DNA from: Planctomycetota bacterium
GTDB taxonomy: Bacteria > Planctomycetota > GCA-002687715 > DRQF01
Direction of reading: 5' to 3'
DNA length: 12,479 nucleotides
Assembly: GCA_027001995.1 (NCBI GenBank)
Contig: JALTLO010000204.1
Span: 52,875 to 65,353, forward strand
Shown here: piece after piece, positions 1 to 7,596 of the stretch
Layout of the letters: each line of letters begins with the position of its first letter
Numbering within the stretch: the first letter of the stretch is position 1
The notes under the pieces: generated by a model
Told to the model about the DNA's origin: nothing
The model's input: the letters and a program-made list of their open reading frames with translations, nothing else
Databases searched by the model: none
Made by a program: the position numbers and the translations under genes

Positions 1-1015
1 GCATCATCTCGTGACCAAGAAGGAAAGAGATCAATGCCATCCGAACCGGTACTCCCAAAGCCGCTTGCCGAAAATAGAAACTCCGAGGATCGCCATCGAT
101 TTCGTGGTCGATTTCGTCGACCCGAGGCAAAGGGTGCAAGACCACGGCATCTTGGAAAGACCCATGGGATAAGAAGCGGGCGTCGATGGGAGGCAAAGCC
201 TGTCCCAGATCTGCATCGTCCTGAGCCAACCTTTCCCTTTGTAATCGGGTGACGTAAATAGCGTCAAAAGCAATCCCAGCGAGTTTGAGAGCATTGTCAC
301 TGAGCTGCCAGCCTTGGGGATTCTTGGTATAGAGCAGAGCTTCCCGTTCTTCCCCGCTGAAGACCGAGTTTTCGTCCGCCACCACCAAACTGTGCTCAGA
401 AATTCCTTCCATGGCCGTCAAACGATTGCGCACATAGGTGGGCAAATTGAGCCCTGGTTCGGCAATGCACAGAACATCCGTGCCGAAACGCGCGAGAGCC
501 AGAGCCAAAGAATGAGTTGTTCGGCCATATTTGAGGTCCCCGTAAATGATGACACGAAGGCCATCTAACTTCCCTTTCGTTTGTCGTAATGCGTAGAGGT
601 CGCAAAGAGTTTGGGTGGGGTGTTCATGTCCACCGTCTCCTGCATTGATCACTGGCACCGGAGCATATTCCGCCGCCAACCGGGCCGCTCCGGCGTGAGG
701 GTGTCTCAGCACCAGAATGTCTGTGTAGGAGCTCACGATACGGACGCTATCTGCCAGAGACTCACCCTTAGAGAATGAAGAAGCGGCTGCATCTGACATG
801 GTGATGACACGGCCCCCCAAGCGGTTCATGGCCGCCTCAAAAGAAAGTCGTGTACGGGTGCTTGGCTCCAAGAACAGGCTGCCCATGAGATGTCCAGCAA
901 GAACACCATGACTTCGATGGAGCAAAAGATTCATCTTGTCGGCGATGACAAAGAGAACCTCGATCTCTTCATTGGAGAAATCGTCAATGGAAATGAAATC
1001 ACGTTTCGAGTTCAA
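1..1015 (-). CDS. pyrB: Aspartate carbamoyltransferase catalytic subunit, 3' end runs off the window (338 codons visible)
   Basis: Manual translation of the minus strand from a TTG at 1015-1013, preceded by an AAGGAG SD, is open to the left edge. It contains the ATCase motifs FLEPSTRTRLSFE, SKGESLAD, LRHP, INAGDGGHEHPTQTL, GDLKYGRT, YVTRLQRER and HPLPRVDEI. It is not in the ORF track because there is no stop inside the window. Confidence 0.96.
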   Translation of the reverse strand, partial: MNSKRDFISIDDFSNEEIEVLFVIADKMNLLLHRSHGVLAGHLMGSLFLEPSTRTRLSFEAAMNRLGGRVITMSDAAASSFSKGESLADSVRIVSSYTDILVLRHPHAGAARLAAEYAPVPVINAGDGGHEHPTQTLCDLYALRQTKGKLDGLRVIIYGDLKYGRTTHSLALALARFGTDVLCIAEPGLNLPTYVRNRLTAMEGISEHSLVVADENSVFSGEEREALLYTKNPQGWQLSDNALKLAGIAFDAIYVTRLQRERLAQDDADLGQALPPIDARFLSHGSFQDAVVLHPLPRVDEIDHEIDGDPRSFYFRQAALGVPVRMALISFLLGHEMM

Positions 1016-1172
1016 AAGAATCTCCTTCGGACCGAGCCCTTCGACAACCCCAGGATATCTCGGTTTTCGATCGCCGTCGACCTAAAGCCCATCTTATTCA
1101 TGAGATTGTAGGCCAACGCAGGGCACTTGGTGGGCCCATGGGGACTGGCGACGAAGGCCGCTCCTGGGGGCC

Positions 1173-2336
1173 TCAACCATGAAGAAGTGTGTTCAGGGCG
1201 GCGGCTGCGGTTTCCAGGTCATGGGGGAGACCAGCTTGAGCCTGCTTTAGGAGCGCCACTTGTCTTTGAGTGAATGGACAAGGGAATTCCCTCACGGCAG
1301 GTCCAGCAAAAGGAGAAGAGAACAGGAGTCGTCGCCTCAATTCTCGAATGCCAGTTTTGTCCTTCCCCGACACCTGGATTGCACGGGGCCACATCTGCCC
1401 CAACTGATCTTGCTCGGCAAGTGTCAAAGAATCAGACTTGCTCGCAATCAAAAGAGCATCTGAGCAATACCCTTCGATGGCGCTTAAGTCAGTGCATTGC
1501 AACAAGCGGCTTGCTGGCATCAGAAAAAGCACAAGTGCCGCTCGTGCTTGGGCCTTCTTGGCCCGAGCTACCCCCTGCCCTTCAATCTCATGTTCCGTTG
1601 ATCGTAAACCCGCCGTATCCAAGAGCGTGAAGGGATAGCCGTCTACTTCGAGAGGCGCTTCGATCACATCTCTTGTGGTTCCGGCCTCATCACTGACGAT
1701 GGCGCGCTCCCGCTGGAGCAAAACGTTAAACAAGGTGCTCTTACCAGCATTGACCGGGCCACTCAGGGTAATGATCGGCGGTTCCGACATAGCAAGCCCA
1801 AAAGACGCCCGCATCAAAAGAGACTCAATAGCTGCTTCAACCCCAACTCTGCGTGCTTCATGACTTTCATCTTGGGGGTTCAAAGTCGAGATCCAGCCGC
1901 TGATTTCCCGCACCAAAACGCCTTCCAAGACAGACAAAAAGAACAAGACTGCATGGGGTGAAGCGGCGCGGATGAGACCGAGCTCGGCTTCTTCTTGAAT
2001 AGCCGTTCCCCGACTGCTCAATTTTGTTGTCTCTGAAATCTGCCCAGGCTCAAATCCATGAGAAAGCAGCAAGTGAGTGAGGCGGCGCTCGATGGCGATG
2101 CCCCCGTGAATAGAGATATCGAGCCTGCGGTCCCGCTGATGGATAATGACTTCATCAATCATCTCTTCACCATCCATGAGATAGCCAAAGCTCAGGTTGC
2201 CTCCTCCTCGACTTTTGCGGCGAAAATGACGGCTCAAGAACTGATCCAAGTGAGGCCCAATGAGGGCAAAAACATGAATGCCGCCCACTCCTGGAGGTGT
2301 TAGGCGTTGAAAAGATTGAGTTGAAGGCTTAGTCAT
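1173..2336 (-). CDS. mnmE: MnmE/TrmE-family GTPase, short form (387 aa) lacking the C-terminal FCxGK motif
   Basis: TrmE-like N-terminus (LTPPGVGGI, IDEV, ISIHGG) and G motifs GPVNAGKST, AGTTRD, DTAGLR and SKSD. The start overlaps the coaX stop (ATGACTAA). The family call is firm, but orthology to canonical mnmE is uncertain. Confidence 0.8.
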   Translation of the reverse strand: MTKPSTQSFQRLTPPGVGGIHVFALIGPHLDQFLSRHFRRKSRGGGNLSFGYLMDGEEMIDEVIIHQRDRRLDISIHGGIAIERRLTHLLLSHGFEPGQISETTKLSSRGTAIQEEAELGLIRAASPHAVLFFLSVLEGVLVREISGWISTLNPQDESHEARRVGVEAAIESLLMRASFGLAMSEPPIITLSGPVNAGKSTLFNVLLQRERAIVSDEAGTTRDVIEAPLEVDGYPFTLLDTAGLRSTEHEIEGQGVARAKKAQARAALVLFLMPASRLLQCTDLSAIEGYCSDALLIASKSDSLTLAEQDQLGQMWPRAIQVSGKDKTGIRELRRRLLFSSPFAGPAVREFPCPFTQRQVALLKQAQAGLPHDLETAAAALNTLLHG

Positions 2337-3084
2337 TGGCCTCCTCTCGTTGCCATGAGAGAAGGGCCAAACCCAAGTGAATCAAAGGATATAATTGAGG
2401 CTGGAAATCCCCAAGAATCTCCCCCACCAGTTCCCGGTCTCCTCCGGTGACAAAAACCTGCGCTTGTGGTTCGACCTTAAGAGCAGAGAATAGCAATTCT
2501 TTGACACCGCCGGCGAACATGCTGAAGGCCCCTAAACTGAGGCAGTCCTCCGTCGAAGTCCCTGGATAAGTCGCCCCTGTTTCTTCAACTTTGTGGAGCA
2601 TGGCACCGGCAGTTCCCAGAGCTTCTTGAATGGTTCGAAGCCCCGGTGCAATGGCCCCACCGAGAAAGTCACCTGCACGATTGATCACATCCACTGTCAA
2701 CGCCGTGCCACTATCAATCACGACGACAGGACAAGCAGCCACCCGATGGGCCGCCCATGCAGCCAAAGGTCGGTCAGGCCCCAAATGATCTGGATTGCCG
2801 TAAGGGTTGTTCAGCGGCAATGTCTTGGCAGTCCAACAAAAGAATGAAGCAGGCGAGGTATTTGCACTTGGCAAGAATAGCTTCGCTCTCTGCGGATTGA
2901 CACTCACCATGTCAACATGAGCGCCGCTTAGAAGGGTATCGTACTCAAGAAAATCGAGTTCACCGCTGGGAGCGCCTTCAATCCATGCCTTAAGCTCGCT
3001 TCCATTCTTGGGAGGCGAGCTCACTGGCAGTCTGAAAAACTTGCTGAGGCTATTGCCGACGTCGATGCCGAGGCGCACACTCAT
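2329..3084 (-). CDS. coaX: Type III pantothenate kinase
   Basis: Motifs GIDVGNS, GPDR, VVIDSGTALTVD, GGAIAPG and TGGD. The start was moved from the track's 3126 to the ATG at 3084 (MSVRLGIDVG), which removes the overlap with the upstream gene and matches the family N-terminus. Confidence 0.92.
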   Translation of the reverse strand: MSVRLGIDVGNSLSKFFRLPVSSPPKNGSELKAWIEGAPSGELDFLEYDTLLSGAHVDMVSVNPQRAKLFLPSANTSPASFFCWTAKTLPLNNPYGNPDHLGPDRPLAAWAAHRVAACPVVVIDSGTALTVDVINRAGDFLGGAIAPGLRTIQEALGTAGAMLHKVEETGATYPGTSTEDCLSLGAFSMFAGGVKELLFSALKVEPQAQVFVTGGDRELVGEILGDFQPQLYPLIHLGLALLSWQREEAND

Positions 3085-3094
3085 GAGCGAATGC

Positions 3095-4219
3095 CTATTT
3101 CCCGAACTTAATGCCCCGACCAGCATTGCCGATCCCGGCAGTCTTTTTCGGCACCCGAACCCCGAACATCTTTTGTCTGCCGTTGCGCAACACAGTGAGC
3201 TGGAATTGTTTCTTGCGCTTATAATTCTTGCGCACGTAGTTGGTCACAGTAGCCTTGTTCTTGACCGGCGTATTATCAACCCGGATGACAACATCACCCT
3301 CTTGCAGACCGAATTCCCGCAATCGCTTGGGGATGGATGTCACTTGCATTCCGCCCTTAGTCGACTTTGTTCCAATCTCGCTCAGAAGTTTCTCGCCATC
3401 CCCTCGGTCGAAGAGAGATATACCTTCTTTTGTCAGTTCGACAATGTTGCCACCCCTACGGGTTTTTCCTGGTTTGAAGATAGCAAGGCCAACACCGGCG
3501 GGCGTCATGACCCCCACGCCAATTTTTCGATTATTGATCGTTTCAGGCCCACCGATCTTGACCCCGAATCCTTCAACCCAGGCATTCTCTGGATTCGAAC
3601 GAATTGCCATGGCCACAGTCGCTTTGTCTTTCTCTTTATTCCAAGAGCAAACAATGCCGTCTTTGGTCACCTCCAAGAGAACGCATGGCCCCCACTTCTC
3701 TAAGGTGGGGTCATTGTCCGCTCGGAACGCCGAACCAACGCCAATGGTTTCGCCGACTTCATACCAGTAAGTCGAGAACGCCGTTGACCCTAAGGATTTA
3801 ATCGTGACGAAGGCGCCAGCGCGCTCCAAGGCACTGGCACCTTTGGCGGAGACGACTTCCTCATCAGAATCCCATGACGCCAAGACCATGCCTACCTCAA
3901 TCAGAGAGTCAAGAGCAGGAGCTTGGGGTTTTCGGGAGCCACGATCTGTAGGGGTCCTCACCACAGGAGGTATATAACCTTCAAAATGAAAGTCTTTGGA
4001 CAAGAAAGTCCGGAGTTTGGTTTTCTTCGTTGTTTCGCCAACAACTTTCTTCAGCTTGACCTTCGAAAGAGCCGCTTCAACCCGCTCGACGTACTTGATC
4101 AAACGACGATTCCGAGCTTTGCTCCCATTCCTCTGCATCAAGAAAACAAAACCCAGCAGTCCCAAGACCAATGAGAAATTGACAATCCAAAGAATCTGAC
4201 GTTGGGTGGTTATCTTCAT
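3095..4219 (-). CDS. Membrane-anchored PDZ-domain protein, GspC/PulC-like architecture
   Basis: N-terminal hydrophobic helix (ILWIVNFSLVLGLLGFVFLM), Pro-containing linker, a beta-rich middle reminiscent of an HR domain (GAFVTI...YWYEVGETI...VLLEVTKDGIVCSW), and a C-terminal PDZ (FGLQEGDVVIRVDNTPV...QLTVLRNG). GAGGAAGAG lies upstream of the ATG. The CDS is secure; the GspC assignment is inferred. Confidence 0.6.
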   Translation of the reverse strand: MKITTQRQILWIVNFSLVLGLLGFVFLMQRNGSKARNRRLIKYVERVEAALSKVKLKKVVGETTKKTKLRTFLSKDFHFEGYIPPVVRTPTDRGSRKPQAPALDSLIEVGMVLASWDSDEEVVSAKGASALERAGAFVTIKSLGSTAFSTYWYEVGETIGVGSAFRADNDPTLEKWGPCVLLEVTKDGIVCSWNKEKDKATVAMAIRSNPENAWVEGFGVKIGGPETINNRKIGVGVMTPAGVGLAIFKPGKTRRGGNIVELTKEGISLFDRGDGEKLLSEIGTKSTKGGMQVTSIPKRLREFGLQEGDVVIRVDNTPVKNKATVTNYVRKNYKRKKQFQLTVLRNGRQKMFGVRVPKKTAGIGNAGRGIKFGK

Positions 4220-4498
4220 TATTCAGCCGCTCTTCCTCGTTGCCCGTCCAAAAGGAACACTTGGCAATCAAGACCCTTAATTTCTCGATTTCGCTTGCTC
4301 ACGTCTAGGACGGCTTCAAACCACTAAAGGCGAGTCCAACAAAATAATCAGAACCCCTGAACGAAACCCGGTTTAGCATAAACCGAGCAGGAGCTTCCTG
4401 AGGCTGAAAGTGTAACCCAACAGCCCCGCAATGGGAACGTCAAACTAAGACGCTCTCATTGACTGGAAATTCCCAGTATTCTCAATGGAATCGATTGC

Positions 4499-5599
4499 CT
4501 AAACGGTCATCCGGCTGGCGCTGATGCCAGTTTGGATGCCGCGAATAATCAATTTCAAGTCATCTGGGTTGTCAGAAGCGGCCAAAGCATCCTCCAGGCT
4601 CACCAAACCACTTTCATAGTGGCCCTTCAAGCTCATGTTAAACGTCTGGGTGCCATAATACTCTTGGCCTTCTGTCAGGGCCTTATCAAGCTCCAAAGTC
4701 TTGCCTTCAAAGACAAGTTCTTTCACGCGGGGAGTCGCCATCAACAGTTCAATAGCCGGAACCATGCCCGTAGTTTTCAGATTGGGCAAAAGCCTTTGAG
4801 AAGCGACTCCCGCCAGGACTGTTGATAGTTGCAGTCGGACCAAGTCATGTTGGTGAGGGGGGAAGAAGGTGTGGATGCGTTCCACAGTTTGAATCGCGTT
4901 AATGGTGTGCAAGGTTGTGAGAACAAGGTGACCTGTTTCCGCCGCCGAAATAGCCGCTTGCATGGTTTCCTCATCGCGGATTTCCCCAACCATGATGACG
5001 TCTGGAGCTTCACGCATGGCCGCTCGTAGCCCCGAAGCAAAGGAAACCGTATCAACCCCCACCTCCCGCTGGCTGATGATAGAGAGATTGTCCTTAAAGG
5101 TATACTCAATAGGATCTTCCAAAGTAATGATGTGCTTGTTGCGGGTGTTGTTGATGAAATCAACGATCGCGGCCAAGGTCGTCGACTTACCACTACCCGT
5201 AACTCCTGTGACAAAAACGATACCTCGGTCCAGGTTGGCAAAGTGGGTGAACTGTTGAACAGGAAGGGTCAAGTCATCAAAGGCTGGGATGATGTTCTTG
5301 ATCTGCCGCATCACGAGCCCCATCGATCCAGCTTGGCGAAACAAGTTGCAGCGAAAACGTCCAGCATCATTGCTGTCGAAGGAAAAGTCAGCCTCCCCAA
5401 CTTCCTCAAAGCGTTTCTTCATCGCCGGAGGAGCAATTTCCGCCACGATGCGTTCCCCATCTTCGGGCGAAATGGCATCATCAGACAGAAACAACACTTT
5501 CCCCGCAACTTTGACCGCGGGCTGGCTACCGGTCTTCAGAATGAGATCAGAGGCATCTGCCGCCACGGCCATTTGTAGGGTCTTCTTGAGGTCGAACAT
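4499..5599 (-). CDS. PilT/PilU-family type IV pilus ATPase
   Basis: ASDLILKTG N-terminus, RFRCNLF, Walker A GVTGSGKST, Asp box TLEDPIE, Walker B DVIMVGEIRD, His box AAETGHLVLTTLHT. The ATG at 5599 is preferred over the adjacent TTG at 5602. PilT versus PilU is unresolved. Confidence 0.93.
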   Translation of the reverse strand: MFDLKKTLQMAVAADASDLILKTGSQPAVKVAGKVLFLSDDAISPEDGERIVAEIAPPAMKKRFEEVGEADFSFDSNDAGRFRCNLFRQAGSMGLVMRQIKNIIPAFDDLTLPVQQFTHFANLDRGIVFVTGVTGSGKSTTLAAIVDFINNTRNKHIITLEDPIEYTFKDNLSIISQREVGVDTVSFASGLRAAMREAPDVIMVGEIRDEETMQAAISAAETGHLVLTTLHTINAIQTVERIHTFFPPHQHDLVRLQLSTVLAGVASQRLLPNLKTTGMVPAIELLMATPRVKELVFEGKTLELDKALTEGQEYYGTQTFNMSLKGHYESGLVSLEDALAASDNPDDLKLIIRGIQTGISASRMTV

Positions 5600-5713
5600 C
5601 AATTCTCTCGGAACGGTTATGCGATACGGACGTAGTCGGACATAACGTTCTTATCGACTCAAGAAGGGCAGAGGTTCAGCAATTACTGAGAGTGACATGG
5701 GGATTTTACCCAA

Positions 5714-5741
5714 TCTCAACCAAGAGTAGCCTTGGATGAGA
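5714..5741 (-). terminator. Hairpin just downstream of the obgE stop, possible terminator or 3' stabiliser
   Basis: Minus strand TCTCATCCAAG-GCTACT-CTTGGTTGAGA, an 11-bp stem with one mismatch. No clear U-tract follows. Confidence 0.3.
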
Positions 5742-5757
5742 AGAAGGCCGGAAGGCT

Positions 5758-6759
5758 CTATTCGTCCCGTGGATTGAGAAGCAACCAAGCATCCTCAAGA
5801 AGAACATCCAGGTTGTGGCGCACAGCAGAACTGATGGCATAAGCTTTGATACCCAGTTCCTGGGACATCTCCGCCGCCACCTTATCGGGGTTTTGAACCA
5901 TATCTGACTTGCAGAATACGGTAATCATGGGTTTTTGGGCCAAGGCTGGAGAATAACGCCTGAGCTCTTCCATAATGGTGCGGTAATTGTCAACGGGGTT
6001 AGTGCCGTCGATGGGGGCCAACTCCACCATGTGGATCAGGGCCCGAGTCCTCTCCACATGCCGCAAGAATCGGTGCCCCAGTCCTGTTCCCTCGCTAGCT
6101 CCTTCAATGAGCCCGGGAATGTCGACCATGACAAAACGCCTAAAATCTGACAACTCGATGATGCCAGGATGAGGCTGAAGAGTGGTAAAAGGGTAGTTGG
6201 CGACTTTTGGCCTAGCAGCGGAGATAGCCGTGATCAATGTGGATTTCCCAGCGTTGTGTAAACCAACCAAGCCCACAGCCGCAAGGAGCTCGAGCTCCAA
6301 TCTCAATGTGCGCTCGTCGCCGTTCAAGCCTGGATTGGCATAGCGCGGAGTCTGGCGCGTGGCGTTGGCAAAATGGTTACTGCCCCAGCCCCCTCGCCCA
6401 CCTTGGGCCACGCAGACTCGATCCCCATCCAGCTTCAAATCCCGCAGCAAAATACCCGTGTCTTTTTCGTAGATGAGGGTCCCTACAGGCACTTTGACAA
6501 TGACATCTTCGCCTTTGGCCCCGTGCATGCTCTTGCCACCACCGTTAACACCCCCTCGGGCGCGCTGGTGAGGATTTCGCACCAAAGTGAGGAGAGTCGA
6601 CTCTTGGTGACAAGCCTCCAAGTACACAGATCCACCCCGGCCACCATCGCCCCCATCGGGGCCACCTTTGGCAATATACTTCTCCCGGCGAAAGGCGATG
6701 GCACCGTTGCCGCCTTTCCCTGCTCGAACGTGGATAACTGCGTGGTCGCGAAATTCCAT
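5758..6759 (-). CDS. obgE: GTPase ObgE/CgtA
   Basis: Gly-rich Obg domain (AGKGGNG, FRREKY, GGPDGGDGGRGG), G1 GLHNAGKST, G2 YPFTTL, G3 DIPGLIEGA and FLRHVER. Conserved synteny downstream of rplU-rpmA. Confidence 0.97.
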   Translation of the reverse strand: MEFRDHAVIHVRAGKGGNGAIAFRREKYIAKGGPDGGDGGRGGSVYLEACHQESTLLTLVRNPHQRARGGVNGGGKSMHGAKGEDVIVKVPVGTLIYEKDTGILLRDLKLDGDRVCVAQGGRGGWGSNHFANATRQTPRYANPGLNGDERTLRLELELLAAVGLVGLHNAGKSTLITAISAARPKVANYPFTTLQPHPGIIELSDFRRFVMVDIPGLIEGASEGTGLGHRFLRHVERTRALIHMVELAPIDGTNPVDNYRTIMEELRRYSPALAQKPMITVFCKSDMVQNPDKVAAEMSQELGIKAYAISSAVRHNLDVLLEDAWLLLNPRDE

Positions 6760-6768
6760 AGTCTACGG

Positions 6769-6800
6769 AAAAAGGCACGAGCGTTATTAAGCCCGTGCCT
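6769..6800 (-). terminator. Intrinsic terminator after rpmA
   Basis: Minus strand AGGCACGGGC-TTAATAAC-GCTCGTGCCT-TTTT, a 10-bp stem with one G-U pair followed by a U-tract. Confidence 0.75.
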
Positions 6801-6832
6801 ATCCTTTCAGAACCTCTTGCGAGGTTGTGTGC

Positions 6833-7084
6833 TTATTCGGCGCTCGCCGGGATGATGTTGATGCGACGACCCGTGCCGTACTCAACATGTCCAGCGGTCA
6901 GAGCGAAAAGCGTGTAGTCACGTCCGCATCCGACATTCTTGCCTGGTTTGAACTTGGTGCCGCATTGGCGAACCAAGATATTGCCGGGCTGAACAAGCTC
7001 GCCACCGTACTTCTTGATGCCTCGGTGCTGAGCATTACTGTCGCGTCCGTTACGGGAGGCGCCTTGTCCCTTTTTATGTGCCAT
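6833..7084 (-). CDS. rpmA: 50S ribosomal protein L27
   Basis: [42 protein letters not shown] upstream. Confidence 0.99.
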   Translation of the reverse strand: MAHKKGQGASRNGRDSNAQHRGIKKYGGELVQPGNILVRQCGTKFKPGKNVGCGRDYTLFALTAGHVEYGTGRRINIIPASAE

Positions 7085-7105
7085 TGCTTCGTCTCCAGGG
7101 CTGGT

Positions 7106-7414
7106 TTAGCCGTTTATGGTTTCGATTCTCAACTCGGTGTAATTCTGACGATGTCCCTGCTTGCGGCGGTAATTCTTGCGCCTGCGGAACTTGCGAATCA
7201 CGATTTTCTTGCCACGTCCATGCCCGAGGACTGTTGCTTCGACTGAAGCACCTGGGACGAAAGGCTTGCCGATTTGAAGAGCATCGCCACCGATTGCGGC
7301 TACCTCGTCAAAAGTAATTGTTGAACCCACTTCAACGTCTTTCGATTGAACCCGAAAAACCTGACCAGCTTCAACTTTGTATTGATGGCCACCATCTTTG
7401 ATGATTGCGTACAT
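7106..7414 (-). CDS. rplU: 50S ribosomal protein L21
   Basis: MYAIIKDGGHQYKV and KFRRRKNYRRKQGHRQ. AAGGAG SD upstream. Confidence 0.99.
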   Translation of the reverse strand: MYAIIKDGGHQYKVEAGQVFRVQSKDVEVGSTITFDEVAAIGGDALQIGKPFVPGASVEATVLGHGRGKKIVIRKFRRRKNYRRKQGHRQNYTELRIETING

Positions 7415-7596
7415 GAAAATGCTCCTTGGGGACTCCAGCAGGCATACCGGCCCTGTGAGTCGGGCAGTATGTTATCGCGCCATGAAATCTCTTCAAGGAT
7501 GAGGAGACTTTCGGCAGCAACAACTAAACTGCACACATAAGTTATTCTGTGCTCACAAGTTACAAGCACATCTTTATTGCTATTTTTGACTAATTC

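Noticed and set aside
31..1111. Short track ORFs 31-300, 34-252, 314-568, 396-605 and 890-1111
   Set aside because: All overlap the pyrB frame (antisense or out of frame) and show no recognisable motifs.
1016..1175. TGA read-through, selenocysteine or frameshift restoring the MnmE C-terminus
   Set aside because: Read-through gives low-complexity Pro-rich sequence, and no FCxGK was found downstream.
3008..3770. Long plus-strand ORFs (231 aa and 176 aa)
   Set aside because: Antisense shadows of the PDZ protein gene, with no motifs and contrary to the uniform minus-strand layout.
4266..4279. IHF-like site AATCAA-N5-TTA
   Set aside because: Spacing is one base off the WATCAANNNNTTR consensus and it is a single weak match.
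7085..7105. No prp/ysxB gene between rplU and rpmA
   Set aside because: Expected, because this L27 starts MAHKKG and lacks the N-terminal extension that Prp cleaves.
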